Origin: the human T2T-CHM13v2.0 reference genome, Homo sapiens
Direction: 5' to 3' (one strand)
DNA length: 64,000 nt
Assembly: GCF_009914755.1 (NCBI RefSeq)
Contig: NC_060936.1
The number at the start of each line of letters is the position of its first letter. The stretch's first letter is position 1. The notes under the pieces were generated by a model, which made no database searches, had not been told where the DNA came from, and was given only the letters and a program-made list of their open reading frames with translations. Position numbers and translations under genes: made by a program. Shown one piece after another: positions 1-15,097 of the stretch.

Positions 1-2624
1 TTGAGCTTTTGATCCTCCCCTGCTAAATTCTTAAACTTTAGTTTTTCTTAGTTATCAGAAGTGAAATCAACGCCTAATCCTCTCAAAACTGCTTTATGAA
101 ACCTGCCCTGGTGTTTTTCCACACGCCAGGAATTATGCTGTCTGCTTCCACATTGAAGTGTGCACTGTATTCTTTATTCAACTTACTTCTTCTTCCCCTA
201 TGAACTTATTCTTCTCCTTCCCCAGGGTGGTCTTTTGATCCTTGGAACCTAGAATGGCAACTGGCACATAGCTATTTCTTAACTTTTAATAAATTATAAA
301 GAACCTGATATAGTACCCACCACGTCATGGTTCTCACTAAGTAGTGTCTCTTGAGTGTATGAATAAATGAATGAACAAATGAATGAATAAACAAACATAG
401 ATGCTAGATGTTTCCATCAGGGACTAAAATGCAGGAGCTGTTAGTATGTCCAAGGAAGACCTGGTGGGTGGTATTCTTTAAAATCAATAGAAGAAACTGG
501 GTGGTTTTTTGTTTTTTTTTTTTTTTAATGTTTAAAAGAAAAGAGAAAATGATCAGTCGACTTGAAAAGCAACTACTTTACATAATAATGTTATTAATGT
601 TGTAAGGAATACTGGGCCCATTTGTTGTAAAATGACAACCATTTCACAGAAATTGCTTGGGGCCAGTTTAGGGGATGAAAAGTGTTCATTTTCCCTGTGT
701 GCTTTCATGCGCCATCCCCAGAGACAAAGCAGAGACAAAGAGCTAACTCAGATCCTGTTTGGAAGGACTGGTACATTATTAGGTACTCCAGTTTCTTTCC
801 TTAAAAGCCTTGAGGCTTGGAATTGACCACACAAAGGACACACTTCCACAGTGTATCACCTGCAACTGGCCAAAACTTACAATGCATGAGAAAGAGGAAT
901 CTATGGAAGAAGCCACAGGAAGACAAGAGAAGCCTCAGTCACAGGAGAATATAGCAGAGCTGCATGATGTCACCAGTTGCCCATGAGAACCCAAGAAATA
1001 GGAAAAGGCGGGCCTCTGTAATAAAGGGAAACTGTAGGTCAAAATGTAGGCAGTTGCAGCCATCCAGGACCCAGAAAATCTTGCCTTTGCCTTTCTCACG
1101 CGTTCTCTCTGATGCTCAGGGTCTTCCCTTTAGAATTCATTTTCTTTATTTTTTCACTCTTTACCCAATTTGACTACCTGACTCTCAATTTTGCAATTCC
1201 CGTCTTGACCTATGACTCTAGCCTCAGCCAGTTTCTAACTAATTGGTCCTTGCTCTTAGAAATCAGATGCTGTGTTCACCTCTCCAGTCTTTGACTGTTT
1301 CAGGCCATCAGCTCTCCCACACTGCTCTTTCCCCAACTTACATTTCAGCTGGAGCTTGACACCAAAGGCAAGTCATTTAAGCATTTTCTTTCTCTCAGCC
1401 CCTAATTGTTTACTTTCTGTCAAGAAAAATAATCTTCAGGCCCGAGAAGGCAGAACTTATACTGAGAATAGGGAAATGACTGAGCCCAGAACAGATAAAA
1501 GAATATAAGGGAGGAAGTAAGATATATAAAAATAATATTTTAATTTATTTATACTCTATTTTTTAAAAATAGACTTAAGGTCATTTTCAGACACAAAAAG
1601 AGCCTTTCTAACAAGGTTAGAAAAACAGGCAGAAAAAAAAAAAAAGCCGGTTAGAAAACTTGGATCAGATTATCACTTAGAATGATATGCAAAGGGTATA
1701 TCATAAAATCCAATACTTGTCGGAAGTTAAGAACAAATATAGGCTTAAGCTTATCCTACTATACATACAGTTTTTTCTTTTTTTCTCACTTTAATTTACA
1801 TCATTAAAAATTTAGCATTTAACTACATTGCCACTATAATAAAATTGTAAATGACCCACCATGTTCCAGTTTACAGTGTTACTGGCCAAAAAAAAAGTGA
1901 CATCGCTCACTTTTTATTGCTTACTTTTTCTTGCTCTTAGTTATCCAGGGGATAATATAAAAGAGATTGTTCAACTGGAATAATCTTCGCCCTTGGTATC
2001 AAGGCAATGTCCATTTCAAGCCTGATTCAAAGCAACATTCACCAAGGCTGTGTAAGCACCAATAATAGAGTCTTCCATAGTTTCTTCCCTGCTTCTTCCC
2101 TTTCCATTACCATGGAAATCCATGCAATTAAACGGAGGAAAGACACCATCTTGTTCTGGCACCCGAGCCCTTTCTTTGTGATTCCAAAATGTGTAATGTG
2201 ATTGATATGTTCAGCTTTGTGTCTTGAGCATCGCAAATTATGTACAATTTATATGCCACTGAGAATGTTTACTGAGAAAAAAATAAGAATGGGAAAATAG
2301 CTGAGACAACTGAAGGAACAAAAGTAAGAGCAGAAAGATATTATAAAAACTGGACCCCCATTGCTACTCTGTCTTGAAAAGATTTTGCCAGGTACGTGCA
2401 GACGCTGGTGCTGGACAAATGGGGTCATTGCTATCGGGGTTTCTAATGGTTATTGATCTTCCTCAAGATTTTAGTGCACTCACATTTTCTTAGTGTCCTC
2501 CTAAGGTCAGACATTTTGGTGACTTCCAACTTCCTGCTGCCATAAATACATCTACAGAGAACATCTTTACTCATGAAAGGTTTCCCACATTAAGATATTT
2601 TCTTTGACAGAGATTCCTGGTAGA

Positions 2625-2880
2625 ATGAGGAACTTCACCTCTGGACTCAGATTTCCTGCTTTCACATTTTAGCTCCACCATTCACTAGCTGTGTAGCCAT
2701 AGACAAGTCAGTTGATTCCTCTCTGTCGCAGGTTTCCTCCTTTACAAAACTGGGCTAATGTTGGTGGCTATGCCATGGGGTAGGTTACAAAACTTAAGTA
2801 AGATAATACCTAAAAAGGGCTTAGGAAAATGCCTGCTATGTATAAGGCATTTTACATAATAAATACCCAATAAACACTAT
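2625..2880 (+). mobile_element. MIR SINE (old, diverged)
   Basis: MIR core-like text: agctccaccattcactagctgtgtagccatagacaagtcagttgattcctctctgtcgcaggtttcctc...; boundaries approximate. Confidence 0.6.
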
Positions 2881-3210
2881 TACTATTTCTTACTTATGGG
2901 GGTGAAATTATGAGCTTCCAGTTGTTTGTAAACTCCATGTGCAGATGCTAAGCCTTGGTTGTCTCCATACCTTCACACCCCAGAACAGTGCCAGGTAGAT
3001 TAACAGGTGGGCAGGTAGGCTTCTTGAGGGCAGGAACTGACAGTTTTGTGGACTGTTCGATATCTAGCACCTGTAGCAGCACTGGATACCCAGTTAGCAC
3101 TCATTACATTTTTGTTGAATGTATAACTCTTAATAGAACTAAAGCAAGTCATTTGAAACCCATTAGGGCAAGAGCAGGAAATAGTTCTGTGTGTTTGCTA
3201 TTGTTGCCTG

Positions 3211-3642
3211 TGTTAAAAGAAAAACTTCAGCCAAATTAAATTTAAAGGAGTTTAATTGAGCAATGAACTATTCACAAATTGGGCAGCCCCCAGACTCACA
3301 GCAGATTCACAGAGACTCCAATGCAGCCACGTGGTGGAAGAAGATTTATAGGCAACAAAAAGTGAAACGATGTACAGAAATTGGAAGTGAGGTACAGAAT
3401 GGCTAGGTTGGTTACAGCTAGGCATTTGCCTTATTTGAACACAGTTTGAACTCTCAGGAGTGTATGAATGATTGAAGTACAGCCGCTGGGATTGGCCAAG
3501 ACTCAGCTATTGTTATAGGTGCATACTCCAAAGTTGGGTTTTCAATCTTGTCTACCTGTTAAGCTAGGTTGCAGCTCATCCACAAGGAATCAAATATAGA
3601 ACTACTGAGTCCTTCTCAGGCCATATTTAGTTTGCTTTAACT
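3211..3642 (-). mobile_element. Solo LTR, ERV1 class, MER57-like
   Basis: Starts TGTTAAAAG and ends GCTTTAAC(T), with a 4-bp TSD CCTG (3207-3210 / 3643-3646). The reverse strand matches the recalled MER57 start GTTAAAGCAAACTAAATATGGCCTGAGAAGGACTC. Confidence 0.85.
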
Positions 3643-3974
3643 CCTGGAATGCTCAGAGTATGAGACAGGTAAGCATTCAGTGACTGAAGGAGGGGGCCAG
3701 AACATGCCCAGAGCAGAGGGGCTGCAGGCTGCTTGGTATTGGACAGCACAGTGGGAGCCCAGGAGACACCAAACTTCTGGGGACAGATAGTGTGTGGCAC
3801 CAGGAGGAGGATTAGAAAAGGGGGAGTTAGAGTTGCCAACAAAACAGACTTCGCCTCCTTCCTCTAAGGCAGCCATAAGAAAGTAATCAAATTCTTCTCC
3901 AGAACAGTTGCTGACATTGTCAAGCTGTGAAAAGGACTAATTAAGTAGTTCGTATTAAAATGAAGGGCTGTCCC

Positions 3975-4225
3975 ATTGTGGAAAGAATAGGGGGAGGGGG
4001 CTACGGAGCAAACAGGCCGTATTTGCAATTTCACCTCCACCACTCATCAAAATGTGACTTGAAGCTGAGCCTCAGTTTCGTGATCTGCAGAATAGGGCCA
4101 ATATTGCCTCATTTACAGGGTTGTTGTGAGGGTTAAAATTTCAACCGCAACAGAGAGTCCAAGTTTCACAGTATAATGCCTGGCACATAGTGGGCCCTAA
4201 ATAAATGGTAACTAGTAATATTAAA
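3975..4225 (+). mobile_element. MIR SINE
   Basis: ctgagcctcagtttcgtgatctgcagaatagggccaatattgcctcatttacagggttgttgtgagggttaaa...gcctggcacatagtggg. Confidence 0.7.
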
Positions 4226-5431
4226 ATTAATCACAGTAATCAGGCCTCACAATAAAAACTGACATAGGGCTTATCAAACGAATTCTCTCTACCGCATGAA
4301 AGAAACATGAGAACAAGCCCAAATTAGCTTGCTATTTTCCAGCAGCGAGCCGAGGAGACTGCCGAAGGTCACAGCAGCCATCTCGTAGGGAAAGAAAATG
4401 ACATGGAACACTGGGTCCCTGCTCATCGGCAGTGAATACCCACCCAATTAAGCAGATTAAACATTCACTCCTTGTGATGAAAAAGCCCCGTGCAGCTGAG
4501 CTAGGCCGCCTTCCCTGCTTCCTCGTCCAGAGCCTCTGTTTGTTAAATCACCCTTCCCTTCCCTTCTACATTCAGAAAATAATTGGCACTTGTTTAATGC
4601 CAAATTTACATTTGTTTTGCATGGGAACAAAATTTGCTTGCAAACAGCTATGTGTGTGAGCAAATGGGCATTTGTGTTGGTAAATAAAACAGACATGCAG
4701 TTTTCCAGTTTGAAGATGCATTATTCAACAAAACAAGCAGCAATAGCCTTTAATTTTCACTTATTCCTAAGCACTTAGGCACAAACTGTAGCCAGAAAAG
4801 CACTTTTTTTTGTCATTTATGCTTGTTCCGAGGTTTTCTTTCACATTTGTCCCAAATGCATATATTATCAGAACTGACCAGACTTTTAGCACTTTTGGAT
4901 TAAATCTTCTCAATGAAACAATTTATAGATTTAACAAATATTTGCTGAGTGCCTACTATGTGCTGCTTTGTGGAGATTCACAGATGAATTCATGGTTCCT
5001 GCCTTTGGGGGATATTGCAAATCATGGAGATTGATTTGTAAGTGGAATATGACCTTGGTGCTAAAATAATTTAGTAATAAAAGAATTACCCTAAAAAAGC
5101 TCTAGGTGACCAGTTAGGAAGCAAAAACACAGAATAATTATTTCTGCCTGCACAGCTGGAAGAGATGATATTTGATTTTAGCAGTGAAAACAAAGAAATA
5201 AAGAAATAGCTTCTCAAGCTAAGGAAAAAACACAGGGAAGCTTGAGAACACAGAAGTATTCAAAGGCATTTAGTGAGGGGTGTCAATGTAACTAGGGAGG
5301 GATTGTGGGAGGATATGAAGCTGAATTTTAAGGGGTCTTGAATGCTATGTCAAGAGTTTGGACTTTATCAATGTGTATCTAACTTTAATATACATATTGG
5401 TCACCTGAGGATCTCATCAAATTTTGATGAA

Positions 5432-8400
5432 GATGAAGAAACTGCATCAACTAATGGGCAAAATAACTAGCTAGCATCAAAATGACAGGATCCAATTCAC
5501 ACAAAACAATATTAACCTTAAATGTAAATGGTTTAAATGCTCCAAATAAAAGACACAGACTGGCAAATTGAATAAAGAGTCAAGACCCATCGGTGTGGTA
5601 TATTCAGAAGACCCATCTCAGGTGCAAAGACACACACAGGCTCAAAATAAAGGGACGGAGGAAGATTCACCAAGCAAATGGAAAGCAAGAAAAAGCAGGG
5701 GTTACAATTCTAGTCTCTGATAAAACAGACTTTAAACCAACAAAGATCAAAGGAGACAAAGAAGGCCATTATATAATGGTAAAGGGATCAATTCAACAAG
5801 AAGAGCTAACTATCCTAAATATATATGCACCCAATACAGGAGCACCCAGATTCAAAAAGCAAGTTCTTAGAGACATACAAGGAGACTTAGACTCCCACAC
5901 AATAATAGTGAGAGACTTTAACAACCCACTGTCAATATTAGACAGATCAATGAGACAGAAAATTAACAAGGATATTCAGGACTTGAACTCAGTTCTGGAC
6001 CAAGCGGACCTAACAGACATCTACAGAACTATCCACCCCAAATTAACAGAATATACATTCTTCTCAGCACCTCATCGCACTTATTCTAAAATTGACCACA
6101 TAATTGGAAGTAAAACACTCCTCAGCGAATGCAAAAGAGCAGAGATCATAACAAACAGTCTCTCAGACCACACTGCAATCAAATTCGAACTCAGGATTAA
6201 GAAACTCACTCAAAACCACACAACTGCAAGGAAACTGAACAAACGGCTCCTGAATGACTACTGGGTAAATAACGAAATTAAGGCAGAAATACGCAAGTTC
6301 TTTAATACCAATGAGAACAAAGACACAAGGTACCAGAATCTCTGGGACAGCTAAAGCAATGTTAAGAGGGAAATTTATAGTACTAAATGCCCACAGGAGA
6401 AAGTGGGAAAGATGTAAAATCGACACCCTAACATCACAATGAAAAGAACTAGAGAAGCAAGAGCAAACAAATTCAAAAGCTAGCAGAAGACAAGAAATAA
6501 CTAAGATCAGAGCAGAACTGAAGGAGATAGAGACACGAAAAACCTTTCAAAAAAAAAATCAGTGAATCCAGGAGCTGGTTTTTTGAAAAGATTAATAAAA
6601 TACATAGAACGCTAGCCAGACCAGTGAAAAGGAAAAACAGAAGAATCAAATAGACACAACAAAAAATGATAAATGGGATATCACCACTGATCCCACAGAA
6701 ATGCAAACTACCTTCAGAGAATACTACAAACACCTCTACGCAAATAAACTAGAAAATCTAGAAGAAATGGATAAATTCCTGGACACATACACACTCCCAA
6801 GACTAAATAAGGAAGACATTGAATCCCTTAATAGACCAATAACAAGTTCTGAAATTGAGGCAATAAATAATAGCCTACCAACTAAAAAAAGCTCAGGACC
6901 AGAGGGAGTCACAGCTGAATTCTACAGGAGGTATAAAGAAGAGCTGGTACTATTCCTTCTGAAACTATTCCAAACAATAGAAAAAGAGGGACTCCTCCCT
7001 AACTCATTTCATGAGGCCAGGATCATCCTGATACCAAATCCTGGCAGAGAAACAACAAAAAAAGAAAATTTCAGGCCAATATCCCTGATGAACATTGATG
7101 TGAAAATCCTAAATAAAATACTGGTAAACCGAATCCAGCAGCACATCAAAAAGCCTGTCCACTACGATCAAGTTGACTTCATCCCTGGGATGCAAGGCTG
7201 ATTCAACATACATAAACAAAACATAAAGCCATCACATAAACAAAACCCATGACAAAACCACATGATTATCTCAATAGATGCAGAAAAGGCCTTTGATAAA
7301 ATTCAACAGCCCTTCATGCTAAAAACTCTCAATAAACTAGATATTGATGGAACATATCTCAAAATAGTAAGAGATATTTATGACAAACCCACAGCCAATA
7401 TCATACTGAATGGGCAAAAGCTGGAAGCATTCCCTTTGACAACTGGCAAAAGACAAAATGACCTCTCTCACCACTCCTATTCAACTTAGTATTGGAAGTT
7501 CTGGCCAGGGCAATCAGACAAGAGAAAGAAACAAAGGGTATTCAAATAGGAAAAGAGGTAGTCAAATTGTCTCTGTTTGCAGATGACATGATTGTATATT
7601 TAGAAAACTCTATCATCTCAGCCAAAAATCTCCTAAAGTTGATAAGCAACTTAAGCAAAGTCTCAGAATACAAAATCAATGTGCAAAAATCACAAACATT
7701 CCTATACACCAATAATAGACAAATACAGAGCCAAATCGTGAGTGAACTACCATTCATAGTTGCTACAAAGAGAATAAAATACCTAAGAATACAATTTGCA
7801 AGGGATGTGAAGGACCTCTTCAAGGAGAACTACAAATCACTGCACAAGGAAATCAGAGAGGACACAAACAAATGGAAAAACATTCCACGCTCATGGATAG
7901 GAAGAATCAATATCGTGAAAATGGCCATACTGACCAAAGTAATTTATAGATTCAATGCTATCCCCATCAAGCTACCATTGGCTTTCTTCACAGAATCAGA
8001 AAAAAACTACTTTAAATTTTATATAGAACCAAAAAAGAGCCCGTATAGCCAAGATAATCCTAAGCAAAAAGAATAAAGCTGGAGGCATCAAGCTACCTCA
8101 CTTCAATCTATACTACAAGGCTACAGTAACAAAAAGAGCATGGTACTGGTACCAAAACAGATACATAGACCAATGGAACAGAACAGAATCCTCATAAATA
8201 ATGCCACACATCCTACAACCATCTGATCTTTGACAAACCAGAGAAAAACAAGCAATGGGGAGAGGATTTCCTATTTAATAAACGTTGTTTGGAAAACTGG
8301 CTAGCCATATGCTGGAAACTGAAACTGGAGCCCTTCCTTACACCCTATACAAAAATTAACTCAAGATGGATTAAAGACTTAAATGTAAAACCTAAAACCA

Positions 8401-9522
8401 GAAAACCCCTAGAAGAAAACCTAGGCAATACCATTCAGGACATAGGCATGGGCAAAGACTTCATGACTAAAACACCAAAAGCAATGGCAACAAAAGCCAA
8501 AGTTGACAAATGGGATCTAATTAAACTAAAGAGCTTCTGCACAGCAAAAGAAACAATCATCAGAGTGAACAGGCAACCTACAGAAGGGGAGAAAATTGCT
8601 GCAATCTATCCACCTGACAAAGAGCTAATATCCATAATTTAAAAAGAACTTAAACAAATTTACAAGAAAAAAATCAAACAACCCCATCAAAAAGTGGGCA
8701 AAGGATATGAACAGACAATTCTCAAAAGAAGACATTTATGCGGACAACAAACATAAGAAAAAAAGCTCATTATCACTGGTCATTAAGAAATGCAGATCAA
8801 AACCACAATGAGATACCATCTCCCGCCAGTAAGAATGCCAGTCATTAAAAAGTCAGGAAACAACACGTGCTGGAGAGGATGTGGAGAAATAGCACTTTTA
8901 CACTGTTGGTGATAGTGTAAATTAGTTCAATCATTGTGAAAGACAGTGTTGTGATTCCTCAAGGATCTAGTACTAGAAATACCATTTGACCCAACAATCC
9001 CATTACTGCGTATATACCCAAAGGATTATAAATCATTCTACTATAAAGACACATGCACACATATGTTTATTGCAGCACTATTCACAATAGCAAAGACTTG
9101 GAACCAACCCAAATGTACATCAATGACAGACTGGATAAAGAAATTGTGGCACATATACACCATAGAATACGATGCAGCCATAAAAAAGAATGAGTGCATG
9201 TCCTTTGCAGGGACATGAATGAAGCTAGAAACCATCATTCTCAGCAAACTAACAGAGGAACAGAAAACCAAACACTGAATGTTCTCACCCATAAGTGGGA
9301 GTTGAACAATGAGAACACATGGACACAGGGAGAAGAACATCACACACTGGGGCCTGTCAGGGGGTAGGGGGCTAGGGGAAGGATAGATAGCATTACGAGA
9401 AATACCTAATGTAGATGAAGGGTTGATGAGTGCAGCAAACCACCATGGCACGTGTATACCTATGTAACAAACCTGCACATTCTGCACATGCATTCCAGAA
9501 CTTAAAGTATAATTTAAAAAAA
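5432..9522 (+). mobile_element. LINE-1, L1PA7-like, 5'-truncated just upstream of ORF2; ORF2 complete in span but disrupted
   Basis: ORF2 ATG at 5482 and ORF2 stop at about 9305. ORF fragments 5593-6354 (endonuclease), 6701-7201, 7262-7489 and 7492-8076 (RT, LFADDM), and 8289-8642, separated by stops and frameshifts. The 3' UTR has GAAATACCTAATGTAGATG..CAAACCACCATGGCACGTGTATACC, then an A tail. Confidence 0.95.
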
Positions 9523-9602
9523 ATTTGATTTTGACCTTGTTAAAATACACCCAGTAGATTTTGGTGGAGCCTGAGACGCTGCATTTCTAAGAAGCCCCTA
9601 AT

Positions 9603-10123
<521 letters not shown>

Positions 10124-10565
10124 TCCTAGGTGTTGTCCAATCCTGTTGCTTTAAGGACCTTTGAATAGGAATTGACTAGTGCAGTGGTTCTCAACCTTGA
10201 CTGCACATGAGAGTTACCTGCAGGCGTTTTATTTAAAAGTCAGAAAGGAGAAATGAAGAAAACTTCCTCCCAACCCCATTCATATATTCAACAAGGATTT
10301 TAAGACACAGTAGTAAAGTGGCCAGAATGGCTCTGTATTTCCTCCCCACTTTTTGCTATATTCTCCTTGTATTTCCACTCTCACTCCAAGTGACTAGAAT
10401 TCTCCATCCAGCTCATTTTGCTGACAAATATTGGTTGTTCTACTTTTTCCAGTAATCCATAAATTCTATTTTCCTTAAACCTTTCTGTTTCCAGTTTCCC
10501 TAAGAAAAAAGAAAACCTTTCTTTTTTCACTTCAGGCTCTGGCGATCAACTCTTCACATATGGGT

Positions 10566-11125
10566 TGTATTAGTATATAGGTATTGTCAGACCTGCAGAT
10601 CAGAAGCTGACTGTCATTGAGAAGATATTTTATTATATTTGCAGATCCCAAGAGGAGTACAAGTCATGCTCCAGGGAAGCCCCATGGGAAAGCACTGGGT
10701 GAGTTAGGAAATAGAGGAAGAGAGGGGAACTGTGGGCAAGAGCTTTCACGGTGGTTTTCATGGGAAGGAAAAGACAAGGGAGATGTGCAGATTTAGAAAT
10801 GGGTAGTTTGAAAAATTTCAGCAGGATCTGGGGCACAGGGGCTGTGCCTGGTCTAGCGGCAGGTATATAATGACCCAGAATGTGAAAACCCAGTAGGAAG
10901 CTGGTTTAGGATGCGGAGTCTGGATTGGTTGGTGTGTACTTGAAAAGACACCGCAGGAAGAGAACTCCTCCTAAGTGGAGGGAAGGGAAGGAGGGAGGCA
11001 GGAGGCCAAGGCAAAGCGACTCAGTCCTATTATTAGGTAGTTCAGAAAGAGGCATGTCTAGCACATGCTTGCAGGGCAGATGTTAAAGCATCAACTTGAT
11101 AGAAGGTAGAAACATGGTTAATACA
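10566..11125 (-). mobile_element. Solo ERV LTR (family not firmly assigned)
   Basis: Inverted termini TGTATTA...TAATACA, about 560 bp, with AATAAA on the minus strand near 10630. No clear TSD. Confidence 0.65.
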
Positions 11126-11903
11126 AACTCATAATGAGATATAAATGACTTAGAGTCCCTTTACCTTTCCTTGGAATACCTGAATTTTAAGAGCAGATAC
11201 TTCTTAGGCCAAATATGACTCTTTAGTTGGTGGAGTATTTAATGCTGTCTTGTATCAGCATTTATCTTCTTATTCAGTTAAACAAAATTCTGAGTACTGC
11301 TCCATGCAAGGCAAAATGGTAAGTGCTGGAGATGCGAAACGCATACACCTGGAAGAGGACCAAGGCAGAAAGAATGGATACAACACAGGTCTGGCCATCC
11401 TGCACCCTGCTGTCTAATGGGGAAGCCCAACAGAAAACCAGCTGCTTGGAAAGCAAGGCAGAAGAAAGTGAGGCTTAGAGAATCTAGAGGAAAAAGATTT
11501 AACAGGTGATACCTGTGGGATGACCATTTTCTCAGCTCGTCTTTGACAGGAGTTGCGTGACAATTAAAAGTGGAAACTACTCACAAACACCAGAAATGCA
11601 GATTTTTCTATGGGGTTCATTTAAAGGAGAATCATTTTCTCAGCATACCAGCTCTCCAAGTAGCACATAGGGTGTTTTGCTCTGAAAATTAAAGAGTTTA
11701 ACTTCTAATTATTTCTGTAGTGAAGGCTACTTCCTCAGCTTGTGGGTCAGCTGCTGGAATGCTAGAGGGAAGATGGGATCAGTTAGAATGTGTTCACAGA
11801 AAGTTACAGTAAATGTGCCTCGTGCTGGTTTAATCCATAAAGATATTTATTGATTATATAGCAAGAGGTCTGAAGGTAAGTGGTCTCAGAAATTTTTGGT
11901 ATT

Positions 11904-12392
11904 TGTGACAGTAGAAAAAATAGCCACAATTTCTTTGTAATGCCTTCTATCAAGAGGCCAGAACCTATTTTCCATGCCTTGCGTCTAGACTGCCTTGCAT
12001 CTTGCTTGAGCTAATAGAATGCAGCAGAAGCAATGTTGTACAAGTTTTGAGCTTAAGTTTCAAGAGACTTTGTTCACTTCTACTTTCATTCTTGAATCCT
12101 ACCTAATCACCTTGTGATTAAGCCTGGGCTAACTTACTGGAGGATTAGAGACCATGTGGAGTAGAAATGGGCATCCCAGCTATGTGTGCTACCCACCCCT
12201 GCAGACCCACCAGCTGTTAGTTGACCTGACAGCTGATCATAGATGCATGATTTAGACCAGCTGAGTCTGGGAGACCCACCCACCTGAGCTCAGCCCAAAT
12301 TGCTAGCTATACAATCATGAGCTAAATAAGGTTGTTGTTTTAAGCAACTAAGTTTTGGGGTGGTTTGTTACTAAGCAAAGTTAGCAGATACA
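11904..12392 (+). mobile_element. MLT1F/G/H-type MaLR LTR nested in an older MLT1 LTR (about 11780-12750)
   Basis: TG...CA ends and MLT1 motifs aatagaatgcagcagaag and ttgttgttttaagcaactaagttttggggtggtttgtta. Confidence 0.75.
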
Positions 12393-14124
12393 GCATCTCA
12401 GTGATGGCACTAGGAACTAGGATCTTTCTGTGGTTCTCTCCTGCCAGCCACAGCTGTGTTATCAATGGCCTTCATTACGGTTGAGGGTTGGCTACTGCAG
12501 CTCCAAACTTCACATACTTACACTGTAGCCCCACAGTAGGGAAAAAGAGGGAGGGGAAAAAAGGCTTTCCATATTGCTCCAGCCTTTCACTAAGAGCATA
12601 AGCTCACTCAGACAGCTCCTAGCTGACTTCACTTTGTGACTCACTGGCTGTGACGGACTCACTTGAAGTCCCTAGGCAATCCCTGGCAAATGATATAGCA
12701 TGCATAACATTATTACATATGCATAAGGTATTTGAATTACCATTACTTTATTATTATTAGTAGTATTTTGTCTCTGTCAGCAGTCTTAACTTACCAGTTT
12801 CTGAATAGGGCCAAATTCAGTATAGAAAAGTTATAAGATAAAGTGAGTTTTGAAGCAAGGAAGAGAATGTTCTTTAGTAAACTATCAGTGAGAGGCAAGC
12901 TTTCTGATGTTAGAGGGAAAAAACACGGGCTGTGAGAAAATGCACAATCTAAGCAAATGAGTCATACATTTAAGAACAGTTATATATAGCAAAAGTCAAC
13001 TGAGAAGACTAGTAGCCCAGAAATTGAGATAATTGGAACTTAATTTTATATATAATTGGCATCTAATTTTAAAGAACACATTTGCTGGTAGTAGGATTTC
13101 TACACATGCTAGACAAAGCCGACCCATGCCTCAGAGTCAAGAATTTCATACAGTAGAAGCACCCCAAGCATTTGATTTGTATAGGCATCTGGAGAGAAAG
13201 TTTGGGAGGGCCCTTCATGTGATAATCAGTACAGCAGGGAACAGCCTACTCATAAAACCGTAATTTAATCAGTGCCTTTAAGGTTATCATTCTGATAATA
13301 GAAAATCCATACCACAACAACGCAGTTACTTGTTTTATTATAGTAATATCCCTGAGAACCAGATAATAGTATTCAAAGGCAAAAGTGTAGTGTTATTAAA
13401 AGAACAGTTTATAATTGGAATTCCAGTAGCTGGGAACTGAGATGTAGTCATTTTCTGTAAGAAGTTGTCAAAACAAGGAGTTTCATATCACCTGTGGAGC
13501 AAAATTAAATACTCGGAGGCAAAGGAAACTCACAAAAACCTACATCATATCTTGTTTGGGTTGAAATGAATATTTCCTCACTGAATACTTTTAGACTCTG
13601 CCACCCCTGGTGTGAAATGTGGACATAACAATCATATTGCATTTATAATATGAAATGAAAAGGGATTTGTGACTGAAAACAAAAATCAAGCAAAAAAAAA
13701 AATCCAACAAACAAAAACAGGGAGTTTGACTCTTGAGAGAACTTGGAGGTCTCCAATATTTGAATTGCATGTATAGAAAGATTAGACTTATTTTGTGCTT
13801 GATGCTTGGTTATTATATGAATGAAGGAAAGAGGAAAAAGAGGATAGAGGGAAAAAGGGAGGGAGAAAAGAAGAAAATATGAAAATGAATAAATGAGAAA
13901 AGTGTGGATATGGAAGTAAAAACAATGTTTCAAGAACACAGATTTGGGTTCCATGTAAGGAATAAGTTAACAACATTTCAATATTTGCCTGAATGATAAA
14001 GGGGTTGCCTTGGGAAGTCAAGAGATGCATGTCCTTTGAAGGGTTCAAGGAAAAGGTACATGATCACTTGTTAATGAGTATTATAAGGAATACTCATTCA
14101 ATAGATGACAGTGGGGCAACATGA

Positions 14125-14442
<318 letters not shown>

Positions 14443-15097
14443 TAATATTATTTCTTAATCTGAGATTATCTGAGCTATAACATGCACAAAATAGTGATTC
14501 ACTTAGTTACCAGGACTAGACCTAGTCAAAACTACAATAAGCTGGCAGCTTTTTCTCAAAATCCCTACATCTTCCTTACTCCATAATAGTTCTCTTATTT
14601 CAATATCCCCTTTCCTCTCTGTACCAATTCACCCTTTCACTACCAAATGTTAATATAATCACAATAATCATTGTCTCTAAAGCAACAAAGAAAATAAATC
14701 TTATTAATTCATTGACTTTATGGGCTTGGGACTCAAACCAGTGATTTCCCCCACCAGATTCTAAAAGGACCATAGAGAAAATGCAATGCTTAAAGCAAAG
14801 GAATGAAGGATACACTGAGCATGGCCTGCCAGAGATGTTGCTCTGCTTTCAGGATACCTCCCTCCTACCACTCAAGACTTGTGGTTGCTCATCCCCACTT
14901 GAAATCTGCCTTGTCAATAACTAAAGAATATGTGGCAGTCATAGGGAAGCTACTGCTTATGAGAACTTTGAATTTGCTTTTGCAGATGGGGTTTACAGCA
15001 TGATTACCTCTTCCGCTTCTTATTTCAGTTAAATAATTATGACTCCAATATCCACAGGTATAGGCAGTTTGTACTTGGTTTATATTTGTTAGTCAAT

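Noticed and set aside
1941-1983. DNIKEIVQL after an acceptor-like cttag, similar to dynein DQIAQIVQLVRG
   Set aside because: The similarity ends at a stop after about nine codons and cannot be told from chance by eye
5593-8642. Long ORFs with endonuclease and reverse transcriptase motifs (also 30671-32914) as a novel RT system
   Set aside because: Ordinary LINE-1 ORF2 fragments in 5'-truncated, frameshifted L1PA copies
13425-13515. *DVVIFCKKLSKQGVSYHLWSKIKY, loosely like ARDVV..FQWISQLRY
   Set aside because: Identity is far below that of the two accepted exons
13595-13615. CTCF-like sequence tgccacccctggtgt
   Set aside because: Mismatches at core positions, so it is not supportable from sequence alone
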